NCBI GenBank assembly: GCA_000934665.2
Contig: JYFJ02003042.1
Location: 1-47,024, forward strand
Length of the DNA: 47,024 nt
Direction: 5' to 3'
DNA from: Catajapyx aquilonaris
Taxonomy: Eukaryota
Shown here: positions 20,601 to 34,300 of the stretch, one piece after another
How positions within the stretch are numbered: the first letter of the stretch is position 1
How the letters are laid out: every line of letters begins with the position of its first letter
Position numbers and translations under genes: made by a program
Notes under the pieces: model-generated
Told to the model about the DNA's origin: nothing
Databases searched by the model: none
Seen by the model: the letters and a program-made list of their open reading frames with translations, nothing else

Positions 20601-23600
20601 ATTTGCTTTTGTGTAAAGAGAATGTTACAGTCTCTCATTGGACCAAGGTTAGTTACCTAACCCGTCATAAATCCTCTGGACGTGAGGGGTTTAATTATTC
20701 ACAGATTTGCGGGGACACAAGTTTGCAGGATTCACACTGGATGTTGGATTTGTGACCATTAATTAGGCCCTACAAAGCGCCGGAGATGGAGCCAAACCTC
20801 ATTCGCATGGAAGACATTGTAAATAACTGATTGTTAATTTTTGGAAGGGTGAAGTAAGGTGAATATGGCGACTAATTATCACTTTATGAATTGAATGGAG
20901 TGTCTGGAATAGTGCTGGTTATACAGATGGATCTAAAAATAGTTCCCATTATGCCAATCGATGCTAGCCTCCCACACTTTACCCTTGTGCCGCCTCCGCA
21001 GCTTCCAAATCTTGAAGGAACTGCTTGAAATTTGTGTGAATCGGACGTAAACGAAGCGACAACCTGTTGAGATCGAGTTTTAAAGCAGCGGTTCCGGACT
21101 ATTGATCCTCTGGAAGGACTTGATTTCCTTCCCTATAGCTATGGTTAGAGGCTTGAAAAGGAAAAGGAATTTCCTTATACTACACCAACCGGAATCTCTG
21201 TCCAAACTGTGTCTGTATACTTGTGATTTAAATAGGGGTCTGATCTGACTTGCTCCTTTTGTGGACTCAAGGTGTTTGGTCTTTTGATCGATTGGATCCG
21301 GCAAGTGCAAATGTCTGGCTTCCTGTTTGCTTGATTACCTGCCCAGAGATGAGGAGGAGAGATTCAACCAAATGCAGTTTGACCACACTGTTTTCGGAGG
21401 TGTGACGTCTGGTGTTGGGTAAACTCTGATTAGAAGTCACTACAGAGATGTAGAGACAGGTTTACTCCCATGGTGCAATTGCAGTAATTTTCTTGAGGTC
21501 TGATTTTTTTAAAGGCAAATTTAATGAATGAATAATATTAGTAAAATATGAAGGAATAATCCCGGAAGCAAATGTGCTTGCCCTTTTGGAACCAACTGAG
21601 GTGAAAGGGTGAAAGGCCATTAAGGAAGCTTCATTCAACCTCATATTTTTTAAAACCCTCCCAAAAAATCCAAATTATGATGTCTAATTGGGACTCCTTA
21701 GTGGCGACATGTACAGACAGATGTAGATTATTCCGTCATGCGAGTAAATCAGGAAGTGCTCTCAATGACTACCTGGCAAAAAGGGGGATTACAAGCCAGT
21801 TTCCTGCATGTCATTACTGGGTAATGTCAAAATGCAACCAACATTAGGTCATATTATGGAAGTCAAAAGTGATTACCAGAATTTTATTAGGGACCAAAAA
21901 ATTACACTAAACTCTCAAAATATTTGCAGTAATTTAAGCCGTGTTTCCTCGTGTACGCAATGCAGCAACGCTCCAGGGGGAAATTACTCCTTAATTAGCT
22001 CACATCTGATTAGTGATTTGAATGGAGATGAATTTATGTGGATTACATCATAACTTCTTTCTCCCCAATTTACATACATTTTCAATTTATTACTCTTTGA
22101 AATATATTCAGATAACTGATGTAATTATTTTTTATGGTATGTGTCACATTTTTTGCTTATTTTTAACCAGTTATTTTTTTGAATTGTTTATTTAAGTGGT
22201 TATCAATATTTTGCTGCTAATATTTGGTTGTGTTGAACCCCATCTTTCCAACCAGGCACACTGTCACTCATCTTTAAAATGATTTGCCAGGGTAAACAAC
22301 AAGTCTGTGAACTTGGTCAGTGCACCAGCCCGTTATATTCGCTTCGATAACTGTCCATGGCCACTGTTTTCTCAACGTCCGTCGGAAAATCTCCGCGCTC
22401 CATGTGGTATTTTCTCAGACCTGCGTCCTTTCAGGCCAAGTTTTCAGGCTTATTTTTCAGGCCAATTCCTCGGATGATAAGACAGAAAGGCCGGTGGGGG
22501 GGTGGTAGGAGAGAAACTGAAAGTCCGCACTCAGCCATTTTATACAACCATCGCTAATCAGGGTTTTCTGGCCGTCTACTGACAAAAGTTTTCACCATCA
22601 GCACAAGAGGAATCATGCCTCTTGTCATTCAACCCTATCGATTGTTTCATCAATATACATTCGCAATCGGGGTGGGTGAGGGGGGTCTCTCTGGATTGGA
22701 AAAATTACAAGCAGTTGGTTGCTTCACAAGAAACGAGTTGAGTCTCACGAGGAGGATTCTTCTTTATTCTTTTATTGAAGCAATTCACGGGCAAGGTTGC
22801 TTCTCAAAGCTGGATGGCCCTTCCCTATATAATTATGAAGGGTTGGGGTTGAGCCGGGTCGTCTGGTCGGGGTATAATAATTCGGAGTGTAGGGGGGGGG
22901 ATCTCTGTGATTGGGGCTGTTTGGTGACCTTTTGTATAGACTGCGGGAGGGAGATGATTAGAGTGGAATTGTTTGTCTGCAGGCTTGCCAACAATTGGCC
23001 AACTTGAAAAAAATTGCGGTCTAGACGATGCGTGGTGGAAGAAGCAAACTTTTGTATTTGAATGGGATTATTCGGACATATGTTGAAATATACGGAATAC
23101 ATGTTGATGCGTGAAGTGTCGTTTATGCGTAAAACAGTGTACAGTATGTCACAAAACCACGCTTCAGTCACGGTTGTCATTAGCAGAACTGAATGTAAAA
23201 TTGCGCAGTACATCGTTACATTCAGTATAAATTGATGGAAATTATATAGGAAAAGCCTTCCGTCATTATTAACCGCAGAATACCATGTAATTATTTTTAA
23301 AAACCGGATTTAATAGTGTAATGTAAATAGAAATGAAAGGTACTTGTTAAGCTCATATGACTATTAATATAAAAGTTACCTGTATATGCAATGATAGTTC
23401 CGTAGTTTCGTTCAGAGAGAAACACTATATGTTCATTAGTTGATTTAAACAAACTATTCGTGTGTGTATATAGTGCTTCATGCTGACAGACTTTATACAG
23501 TTGGCGCAAGTTTGGTGATTAATTTACATCCGCAGAATCCTAAACTATATGAACAGAGTTCAAGAACTTTCAACTTGGAATTTATATTTGTGCAATCCAG

Positions 23601-24723
23601 CCGTATTGCTGTAAACACAAACTTTCAGCCCTCCCATATTTGTAAGCAATTAATTGAATGCGTATGACGACATTTTGTGAAATTGCTGAAATCGTCGTGA
23701 CAATGCAAGACATGAAACAGGTGTTACTACTTTCCATAACAATTGAATAAAACTGACCGCTGATATTTATAATCACTGTGCTGAAAGCTATATTCATACA
23801 ATTATGACCATTATTTGCACTTTATGTTACCGGTATTATCATTGAATTTTGAACCCTACATTTCTTATCTGACTTGAATCTTGTACATCGCTGATTACCC
23901 ATTGATTAGTAATGTCGTGATGATTTGTTTGTTTGTTTGCTTGCTTGCTTGCTTTTATATATTTTTATATTCCCCAAGATGGCCTCCAGGCTTTGCGACA
24001 TGTTCATGATATCATTAGTGCTGATGCCTCTTACTGAAAAATATTAGTCCTAAAAAAATATTTAACGAGTATAAAGCACGTTCGTGCCCACATGTCACAG
24101 TGAGACAGAAAAATACAGCACCTTATTTTCAATAATGGCGCTGTCGTGATCACCCCTTCTTTTTACCCTATCTCGTGTCTGTGACAGTCTGGTGGGCCCA
24201 TCCACCCGTCTCATCAGGAAAGAAAGCTGGAACAAAACGGGTGGTAAAAAGAACCGTTTTGTGTGTACCGGTTACTGTAACTCCATACATCTTTGCTCGA
24301 CTCCTCTTCTTCTTTTAGTAGAAAAATCCTCCCCCCAATTTTTTTTCTTCCCCTCCCTTCTCGATCAGGACACTCACTCTTCCATCACGCCTGGTGCCCA
24401 CTGGCGCCCGTCAAAGAACGAGAGGACAGCAAGAGCGTGGCTAATGATGGGTATAAAGCCATGATGATTACTCGGAAGGCCTGGCAAATTTTCTACCTGT
24501 GGTCGCAGGGATTGGTCGGTTTTCGTCTCGAAGAGGGAGAGAGAGAAGTCGGTGCATGGGGTTCCTTCCTCTCAGCTCTTTTTCCCGAGGCCCCCAAGGT
24601 TGAGATACTTTTGTTAAAGTCTCAGTTGCCCTTTTCCAAAAACTAAACGGCGCTCGACCGAGGCTGACTTGCCAGTTTTGTTGCTGGGACAGGAAGGACA
24701 GGAAAAGGGGGGACACACACAAC

Positions 24724-27700
24724 ATGTGGCCGTCTCTCAAGGTACTGTACATTACTGTTAAACTTAGCCATATCCGTATTTCCTAACTGTCATAGTGCAG
24801 TCTAAAAATAGTGTAAGTGAATTCTACCTAGTGCACATAATAATTCTTCCTCATATAATAGCTAATCAACCAAGGGTGCAACATACTATCAAGTGTACGC
24901 ATGGCAATAAATCACGTCATAAATATACAAAAAAATCATCAATCCAGTTTATTAATAATCAAATTTTGTCATTGAACCAGTTTTCAACAATGCGTCACTA
25001 TAATTAACTTATAAAGACCTTTAAGTTGAACCTGTGCATACTGTAATGTCTCCTGAAGCGATTCACTGCAAGTTACGCCAACTGCTCATTTTGTGTACAT
25101 CATGCTGCAGGCAGTCTCTGAATAAAAGCAAAAGGAGGTTCGCCAATTTTTATTTTATCAAAGTCGAAACTCAGGCAGTGTTCTTTGCAAACAGTTATGC
25201 ACAAAGGAAAGGAGAGTAAGAATGCAAAAGCAATTTTGCAATGTTTTTGCCTGGCTTTTTTTTTTCTTTTTGCTAAAATACATGACGAAGTTGAGAACAT
25301 TGCGAGAAAACTGTACTATACAAGCCAGAATATGTAGTGGCATTACAAAGAAATAATCATGACCATTGTTTAAAGGATGTGCCAATATTTTAATCGCCAG
25401 TTAAACCGAGGCCTGTGGTTCTGTACCTATCAGATTAAAGCGATTGATTATTGAATCTCAGTGTAGGAATTCTGCAGAGATCGGCGTAATCAGAAACCTA
25501 ATTGGAAATACTATTCTGTGATTTTCCTTTGTTGTTTTTGAAAAGGAAGACGGGACCCAAAACTCGTTTCGTACTGTGGGGGCCTTGCTTTTTTCTCAAA
25601 TCGATTTTGGCATGGAGAAAAAAAGGGGTTCAGGTAGGAGGGCCAAGTCAGGCGTAAATTGTTTTTTAAAAAAAGAGAGGATATGGTCGCTCCAAAAATA
25701 ACATTGGGTTTAGGATTGTGAACAAATTGTGGACTAATTAATTTGACACCTCTAGACAACAAAAGATGTGTGAATGCTGACTTTGTAACATTTACAAAAG
25801 TTTAAATGGCGTAACATTTCAGGCTGGCAGAACAATGCGACGAAGCAGCACATCGTCTCGCTTGGCTGAACCTCGTAACTGAATCGCTTCAGCGGAATGT
25901 TCATCAAAAATAGACCCGCATGAATATTTAAATGTGCTCGGTGTAGGCAGTGCCACGATATGATGTAATGATTGTGCTATGTTTATTCTTCGCATATCAG
26001 GCTGCATAATAACGGATTTTTAGGCAGACCTATCAAATCAACGATGCCTTTAAGTGGACTAACATTAATGTACAATTAATGTACATACCATTAATGTACA
26101 TACAATTAATGTATTAATGTATACGTTTGTACAGTTGAATCCAGATATAACAGACTTCAAGCGACCACGGTATGTTATAACCAAGGTCTGTTATAGCCGA
26201 ATACACAAGCCATATATGGAAGTATGCCGGGACCGGCCTTTCGAATCTGTTATAACCGAGAGTGTGTTATAACCGAGGCTGTTAGATTCAGATTCAACTA
26301 TATTTTAAAATATGTATTTGTAATATGATTAATAATTATTATTATACCAGACATTTCAGAAAAATTTATTCGTAGGATTACGTTTATAATAAAATATTTT
26401 TAAATTGTATATTTCCAAATAAATTTTGAGCACTACCGGTATATGTTAATAGTAAGCTACAGTAAATGCTGGACATTGATGGTGTCGTATTAGTGACGAC
26501 AAATTTCGATTCACTCTCTTGCCGCCGTAGGATCGTGGCGTCACCAGTACGACACCATTAATGTACCGGTACTGAACACAAAATGAACATAGACTTTTTT
26601 GTCGGCAGGTTTGCCTATGGGCACTCATGATAGCACTGGCGGAGTCTCAGTATCGTCAGAGGCCAAAGTACCACTACAACGTGGACGACGACTATCATCC
26701 TCACCCGGGTCCGAGTCCTCAGACTATCAAGACTCCTTCTCCGCACACTGGGTACGGCCGTCCGTCGGAGCAGTACAGCCCAGCCGAACCGGTGTACCAC
26801 AACCGACCGAAACCGTCGTACAACCCAGCATCGTCCGGGGAATACACCTCGGACAAGCCTGAACGCGGACCTCCTGACTTCGGACCATCAGACTTCGGTG
26901 GTCAGGACTTCAGCTTCGACGAGGCACCTCCACGAGCACCCAGCTATGAGCACCTCGGTCCACCTCCGCCTTCAGAAGCAGCCCAAACTCCGGTACACCA
27001 ACACAGACAAGGTCCTCCTCAAACATACGATGACCACGGATCGTACGAGCGTCCAGACACGTACAACGAACCACCGACGCAGCACCGTCGACCAAACCAG
27101 CAGTCATACCAACCAAGCTACGACCGCGGACCGACCTACTCGTACGACGAAGCGCAACGCAAACCTGCGTACGACGAACAACGTGATCCACCTCGTCAAC
27201 AATACCAAGGACCTTCGCAGTCATTCGACGACGACTTCCGCTACTTCCCATCAGCCGGTCCTAGTCCTACCCACAATCAGCGGTACCGAGACGAAGAGCC
27301 GTACCAGCAACCAGGACCAGCCCCAGTGTACGAAGATTACAGGGGAGATAAAAGAGACGCGCAGAAGAACGACAACCCTGCATTTGACAGATTCCGCGAT
27401 TTCCTAAAGGATGCTGACTATCCCGGTAACGATTACCACGGTTCGCAGAGTACGACCAGAGGGTACAGTCCGTCTCACGGTGGTCCGTCTAAAGCTACAC
27501 CCAAAGCAGAAGAGAAGGTTAACTATACAACTGGGTTTGTGGTAACCGCGCCTGAGTTTCCTGGCAATTATTACGAAGATCTGGATTCCAGAAGAGTACC
27601 CGGATTCAGGGTCGAGGATTTTTTGAACCCGTACGTCCATGAATCGAGCGGAACGGACGGCAGTAAGCACGTAGCACCGGTACCTGCACCATCAAAACGG

Positions 27701-29017
27701 TACCCTAGCTACCCACGAGAGAAGCTGCTTCCGTCGAAAGATGTTGACGAGTACGACGGATTCAGACCATCTCTTGCTCCGCCCCAGAGGAAGTCTGAAG
27801 GCTCGGAGAAGAAGTCGCATAAGTGTACCAAGATCGAGAAGAAGTTTGATCCGGACGCGTTTGGTAACCCGGATCCGTACCGACCCGAGATTGGCAAACC
27901 GGTGATGACATGCTATCATTGTGAGGCTGAAGACGGACGGTTCTATGAGAAATGCAGCTATGGAACCGGGGCTGATCCGAAGCCTAACAATTACTTCGAG
28001 GCGCATGAGGAGTCGTACGATACCAACCCTAAGAAAAAGAACACGGACAGATCTAGACGTAACGACAAAGACACCGATCGGTCTAGACGCAACAGCACGA
28101 ACGACAAACCGGAAAAGACGGCCACATCTGGCGGACTTTTAACACAAGGTTCGGAATACTTGGCTCAACTTGTAGCTGACGGAGACTTCGGATCACGGAT
28201 CAGACCAAGACGACAGAACCAGGAGGAGACAACGACAGCGACAGCGACGAAGGATGACATACCAACTCCATCACAGGTGGTAAAACCTGAATCGGTCACG
28301 TCAAATCCTGTGAAACGAGTCAAGGCTGTTCCGCTTCGGTTTGACTTCAACGTGTCGCCGGAAGTGATTGAGTTTGAAGGTACCGAGACTACCACCTTCG
28401 GAGGATCGTACCCGAGGATACCGGTACGCGACTACTCAGTGAAGAACGTATATCCTGATTACAAGGACTTTGAGGAGTCGGTCCATCGAGAGGTTACAAG
28501 AGACAGACAAGAACGACGACCTAAACAAAAGCCACAATCGCGACGAGTACCGGACGAGTACCCGCACTATACGGACGATTTTTACGACCAACCGCATTAC
28601 GAAGACACCGAGGACTACTACAGGTCGTTGGCACCAAGTCGGAAAGAGGTGGAGAAAGTGATAGATGACATTGACAAGAAGGATCACAAGAACTGTAGGA
28701 AGGTCAAGAAAGGTGATATGATTTGCTACGAGTGTGATGACAAAGGAGACTTTAATGATGAGTGTATGTACGCCAAGAAGGGCCCTAAGAGCCACCATTT
28801 GGCGTACCATACGTCGACGTCGTACAGTTCAAACCCGAAGAAGAAGGAGGTGTCGGCGTCGTCGACGTCTCCCACTACTAAAGAACAGGAGAAGAGCGGA
28901 CCTAAGAAGGGAGGCAAGGAGGACCACACGGCAGCTTTTGACGGAGACCACGACTTCGACTCTTACTTCGAACCGGATCTGTTCGACAATGACGATTTTC
29001 ATTTTTATAGACTCTGA
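24724..29017 (+). CDS. Uncharacterised secreted Pro/Tyr/Asp-rich protein with two C-x-K..M-x-C-Y-x-C..C-x-Y modules (~808 aa)
   Basis: The 796-aa ORF 26627-29017 is preceded in frame by the acceptor ttttttgtcggcag|GTT at 26609. A mini exon at 24724-24741 (ATG TGG CCG TCT CTC AAG|gtactg) completes a signal peptide MWPSLKVCLWALMIALAES. An Inr-like TCAGTT lies at 24622. The large exon is well supported; the first exon is inferred. Confidence 0.85.
26132..26300. mobile_element. pogo/Tigger-like MITE
   Basis: TA-CAGTTGAATCCAGATATAACAG ... CTGTTAGATTCAGATTCAACTA-TA with internal repeated tgttataaccga motifs; preceded by attaatgtac repeats (26065-26122). Confidence 0.7.
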
Positions 29018-29447
29018 ACACTGCACTGACCGTCCCGTCACTAGTACAACAATAGGCTGATTATACCCAGTCATTTTACTCTCTCAAGCCCTCCGTGTAC
29101 TGAGGGACTTCGGCTTACAAATCTGAAAGCAGCGAGGTATATTTCCAACTCTGAATTTGATTCCTGTTGTAAAATTTTGGGAAACGTTTAAGGACAGGTT
29201 GCACCATCCGCAGGAAACATTTTCCGGCCGGAAAAGAGCCACTAATTGCTGACTTTTCTGGTCCCTTTCCCGCCGGAAAATGTATTCTGACGGAAGTGTA
29301 ATTGGTCTGAAATGTGGCAACGTCGCATTAAACCGTAGATTTATTTAACTGCTTTTACGTGCTGTTTTGCAATGTTGTTAATGTCATTAACGTTAATCAG
29401 GTAACATGGCAAAATTCAGTCCACAAAATAAAGGAAGAAGAGGCTAT

Positions 29448-29528
29448 CTAACTTTAAACTCACTGTTTAAATCCGATGACGTCAGCTAATCTGACCTCAT
29501 CGGATTTAAACATGGCGTGTAAAGTTAG
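29448..29528. repeat. Imperfect inverted repeat or small fold-back element
   Basis: ctaacttta..tgtttaaatccgatgacgtcag-ctaat-ctgacctcatcggatttaaaca..taaagttag. Confidence 0.7.
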
Positions 29529-31322
29529 CGTCTCTGAATTCCGTCCAAAAAGACTGCTGCTAGACTAAGTGAAAAATAACTGCTACTAGAATGTTACCTG
29601 CTACCAAAGCGTTGTTTGAACGTAAACTAAAACTTTTCCAAAATTTTGAACCCATTTCAGTGTTGGAAATATGCATCAACAGGTGTCCAATTTGCATACA
29701 CTGAATATTGCACATAAAATAACAGCCAACGACGGCCGTGAGTGATTAGCTACCTTGTATACATGTACTAAGTCCTTATCCCAAACTGTGATGTGCTAAT
29801 AAGTGTGACACCAGAAATCGATGTTCCTAGTTAGGGGTCAAAAGCAGGAGTGGAAATAATGTGGGAGGTAACTATAGAGAGAGAACTAAATAACAAAGCA
29901 CCCCTGAGGGAGCACTTTGTACCGGCGCACAAAGTTCAGATTGCTTTTCCACCGGGTAAAATTTTGCTTCTTAATTGCCTGCATGGTTAATTAGCAGTGA
30001 AAATTCTGTGCAGCTTGGCTTTCCGAGCGTACAACGTTTGGTTAAAAGACACTTGTAAAACTGTGTATATTTGAACTAATTAAAAACGCCCGATTTTCAC
30101 ACTTGTCCAATTATTTTTTTTAAAGTGTAAAAATAATGACAGTGCTGTGTACACATGTAGAGATGAAAGCGATTCGTTCCGGGGTTTAATTCCTGCGATG
30201 GTGTCAGCAGGACAGGTGTAATTGGACACAATGATATTAAATCGTAAAACGACGCTCTTTTAGTCCCACTTTCTAATCCCAATCTAGCGGAAAAAAGGAC
30301 CCGAATTTTTCTCACAGAGATTTGCAACGCACGTAATGCGTTTCATTGCACGTAATAAAATTTTTGCACCATGCAGTTAAATCCCATCAAATTTGTGATC
30401 TTGAAGAGATTTTTTTTTTGGTCCACATTTGAATCAGACGCTGACCTCTCTTGTTCTGTGCCAATGAAGATTGAAAAGACACGCTTTCGTTTCCCAAATT
30501 AGATTGAGGAAGAATGTGGACTGCATGAATAATGTAGTGCTGTAACGGGTTAGTTTGTTTCCGCCAGACTAGTTTTGTCCACTAAATCCTTGAGACTTTG
30601 GCCAGAAGAAAACAGAGAGCCTTGTTTTTTTGGCGGCCATCAGACAACGGGAAATTACACTTCACAGTAAGATTTACTAAATCTTTTTTGTTCATGTCCA
30701 CCACAAACCTGTAAGCATTAAAACTAATTGAATTACAGTAGAATTCACTTATTTTCATATTTTTACACAAAAATGGCATATTATTACATATTATGGATAT
30801 TAGCACAGCTGTCCTTTTTCATCTAATATAACATATTAATTCAGATAATTGAATCAATTTTTTTTGAAAAACCGGCTATGCAATTAAGCAATTTTTACAT
30901 ATTCAGCAAACCTTCCAAAAATAAAGAACATCCATTTTACAGAACATATTTGTAAGATATTCCCAAAAAGAGTAATGATCAGCCGAATTATGTTTTCAAA
31001 ATACACTTTTACTATGGGCACCATACTTTGCATATCATCCTGTAGTTCCTGCCCGACGCACGCGTTTTAAGTTATGCGCATTTTAATTCATTGCTGATGG
31101 CTGGCTGAGGAAATAATTCACAGCAGGTGAGCACCATTTAAATTCAGTTTACTCAGTATTTATCCACCATCTCTTTATTCCTAGAGCTGGACGTTGATTG
31201 GTGGTTAAATAAAGCCCCAAAATCGCCTACATAATAATTACTCTCGGTTTCATAATGAATCGCGCTCGCACATTACACACACTGAGAAGCTAAGTTAGGT
31301 ACACATTTTTTTGGTATAATCT

Positions 31323-34300
31323 TCATATAAGCTTTGATGCTGATTGGTCTTCAGTTGTGGTTAGTTGACAGTTGGCGACTCCATCTGGTCCGAGTCTGGT
31401 GAGGGTGAGGGCCATCCAATTGGAAGGACCATCTGATGCACTAGGACTGGCGCTGAGGCTTCCCTTGAAGGAACCATTGCTTCGAGGGCTCTTCTGCTCC
31501 ATTGGAGAAGACGGAGAGGTGATAAAAGCGCTACGAGCACCTGTCGGAACCAAATGAGGCGTTTTGGGAGACCCAGAATTTACAACCGGTTGTGTATGTG
31601 GTGGCCGAATTTAAAGGGATAAACCCGCAGTGTATGACACCCTGTGTGGGTTGAATTTAAATTCATGAGGGTGTAAAGTACATGTCCTGAGATGAGAACG
31701 AGGTAAATGTGATAATAAAGGCAAAAAAATGGGTTTATATTCATGGTCACTGTTTACAATAGTTTGAAATTTAGTTCACTGACAATTGTGTAAAAGTGTA
31801 ATTATGTGCGCGTTATTCCTGTAAGCGCTTGTTAATTTTTTGTTTTAGATACATAATGATACGTTGCTTTATATTGTGCAAGTATGGTGCAATTATTAGA
31901 ATAATGCAAGATGTCTCATTAGTTAATTGAATTTTTTTGACGAACTACTACCAATAAAATGAGGCCATACATTGCGATCTTTATTTTTCTTTTCCTAATC
32001 CATATTTCTACTCCGCAAGATTATACATTCCTTTGGTGTATTCAAGGAATCTTCTTCCAATTATATTCCGTACATGAAAAGCATGCCTGACATTCTTTCT
32101 TTCCCTTGGCGTCAAAGTCAAGCTATATTGACGCGTGAGTGGACAGAGCCCTTTAAAGAAGATTCTTTTCAAGAGGGGTGGCATTAATATGAAAGGTGTC
32201 TCGTCTTTGCCAAGTAAATCGATCACTTCTTTTGTATGAAAACGTGGGGGTGGTTGGGAGGATGAAGTTTTAGCGAGACAATTATTCTTTTGATCGTTGG
32301 TGAAGGGGCGACAGGATTTGTCAGCTAGTTATCCCGCTCCCCAAAGTAGCTTTACTGTGACACACTTTTCAAACTTCTTGCGGAGAGAGTTACTATGTCA
32401 ACTTTTCCACTCAGAAAGGGACACGAATAGACCAAAAAAAAAAGTTATAGGGTATAAAAAGGTAATGTGTAAAAAAAATTGTCTTGTTTGTGGCATATAG
32501 ATATGTTTAAAACTGTATAGATAGAACTTACTTGTACTTCTTCGATGCAGTAGGCACACAGTGGTCCTGACAGATCCACTTCGAACACTGCTGCATGGCC
32601 GTCGGACCAGTCTCTTGTGACAAATGGGAAGCGATCCGCACAGACGGAACAGCACTAGTTTCAGATCAGCCTGACGTGATTCCAACAAATGAAATACATC
32701 AGTATCATGACGCGTGAAATCAATACACTCTCTTACTACGGTCCCCAACGGAATTCTACAGTTGCGTCAAACATACCTTGAAATTTTCGCTCATGAAGCA
32801 GTAGATGATTGGATTGACAAAACTGTTGGACATGGCTAACCAGTGGCAGAAGAAATATGCCATGGCGTACACCTGTCTTTGAGAGTCGTCTCCATATGTT
32901 GCCATGTGTGGTGCCAGAGATATCATTATGATGAACACATGTAGAGGGAGCCAACACAGCACGAACAGCACCACCACAGTCACCAACATTTTTATAACCT
33001 GCAGTAGTTAGTCATAATATAGTTTAGGACACTTAGCTTAATATTGTGTACTTTGTATACCTTTCGTTTGGCTCTAAGATGTGCTTGGTCCCTTTTAGCG
33101 TTGGCGTTTCCTGGCGTGTTGTGACGCCATAGATGCCAGGCTACTGAGGTGTAGGTGAAGCCCAGGCCCATCATCGGTATGGCGAAGGTGAGTAGAAACA
33201 CACCTACTGTGTACACCTGACCGTGCATCTGGCTACCCCACTCTTCTTGGCATTCCCAGTGCCACCTAGCCAAAATTAAGACTTATTAAAGCCATGCTTT
33301 AACACCAAACTGGTTAAAAAAAATCTTCCCAAATCAAGACCACATGTGCCATTGTAGTCTTGTAACAGCTAAAGTTCTGCCACAACATACAAGTTATATA
33401 AAGTCGTACGAATTCGCAAAAGGTTGACATCCATCTCCGGTCAGATGGGCGCCTATTGTGGCTCGCTCTTTGTGAAAACTTTTCGCTAAAGTTACGAGGA
33501 AGCGTAAGAATAGAGGTCCATAGTACTCTTTCGCCAATTCGGAATTGCAAAACTCGATTGCAATTTTTGAAGGAGAGTCTGCTGAGGATAGATGGAACCT
33601 TCCTTTCCTTCCAGATCGCGGGGTTGGTTTTCATATCGATCTGACATTCCATCCGAGTTTGTTTTCTGGGTGACCCTGACCGATTCACAGCTCATAGTTA
33701 GACCACTTTTTGACCCCCCTAAGCTATAGCCTTTCTAGTCATTTCTAGCCTTTTTTTGGGATGCGCTGGAGGTTGAAAGCGTTCCATTTAAAAGCAGAAA
33801 GGCCCCCGTGTTTGTAAAGCCTGCATTTGCCCTCTGGTCTGCTCACTTTGTAAACTTCGAATTAAATTGTGATTAGTGCCATATATGCATCCATAAAGTT
33901 AGCCTCTGAATTAAGGCATGTTTATTCATTACACTATACACTCATTACTCCGGACGAAACTGGTTTTATCATTAGTCCCCATTGCACCCCTAATGTTATA
34001 TTTATATATTTATATTTTATATTAGATGTAAAAATTGGTTGCCGTACTGCCACATTGCGGCTCATAGTGTAACTGATCTCTCTATTCCCAATTGCAGCAT
34101 TCACAAAGCGTGTTTGTTGGGTTGCATCACGCCAGGATGAAACAGCCTTTTTTTTGTTGCAATTAAGCTTCCTATTTTTGGCGAGCTCAATGCGATTTCT
34201 AGCTATAGCGTAGAAAGTGTGTGAATGAACCAATTTTAACAGGCAATGGATCCGGCTTAAATTTAGGACAGCAGTAACTTAATTCCGGCTTCCTTGCAGA

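Noticed and set aside
24452..24457. TATAAA upstream of the secreted-protein first exon
   Set aside because: It lies about 170 nt from the Inr-like TCAGTT at 24622, so the spacing is wrong and the TSS cannot be fixed.
26898..29074. Multiple overlapping ORFs on both strands within the 796-aa ORF
   Set aside because: Shadows of a GC-rich coding exon with no independent motifs.
33456..33644. Short + strand ORF with a hydrophobic end in a GPCR intron (possible chemoreceptor fragment)
   Set aside because: Too short, with no start or splice support and no diagnostic motif.
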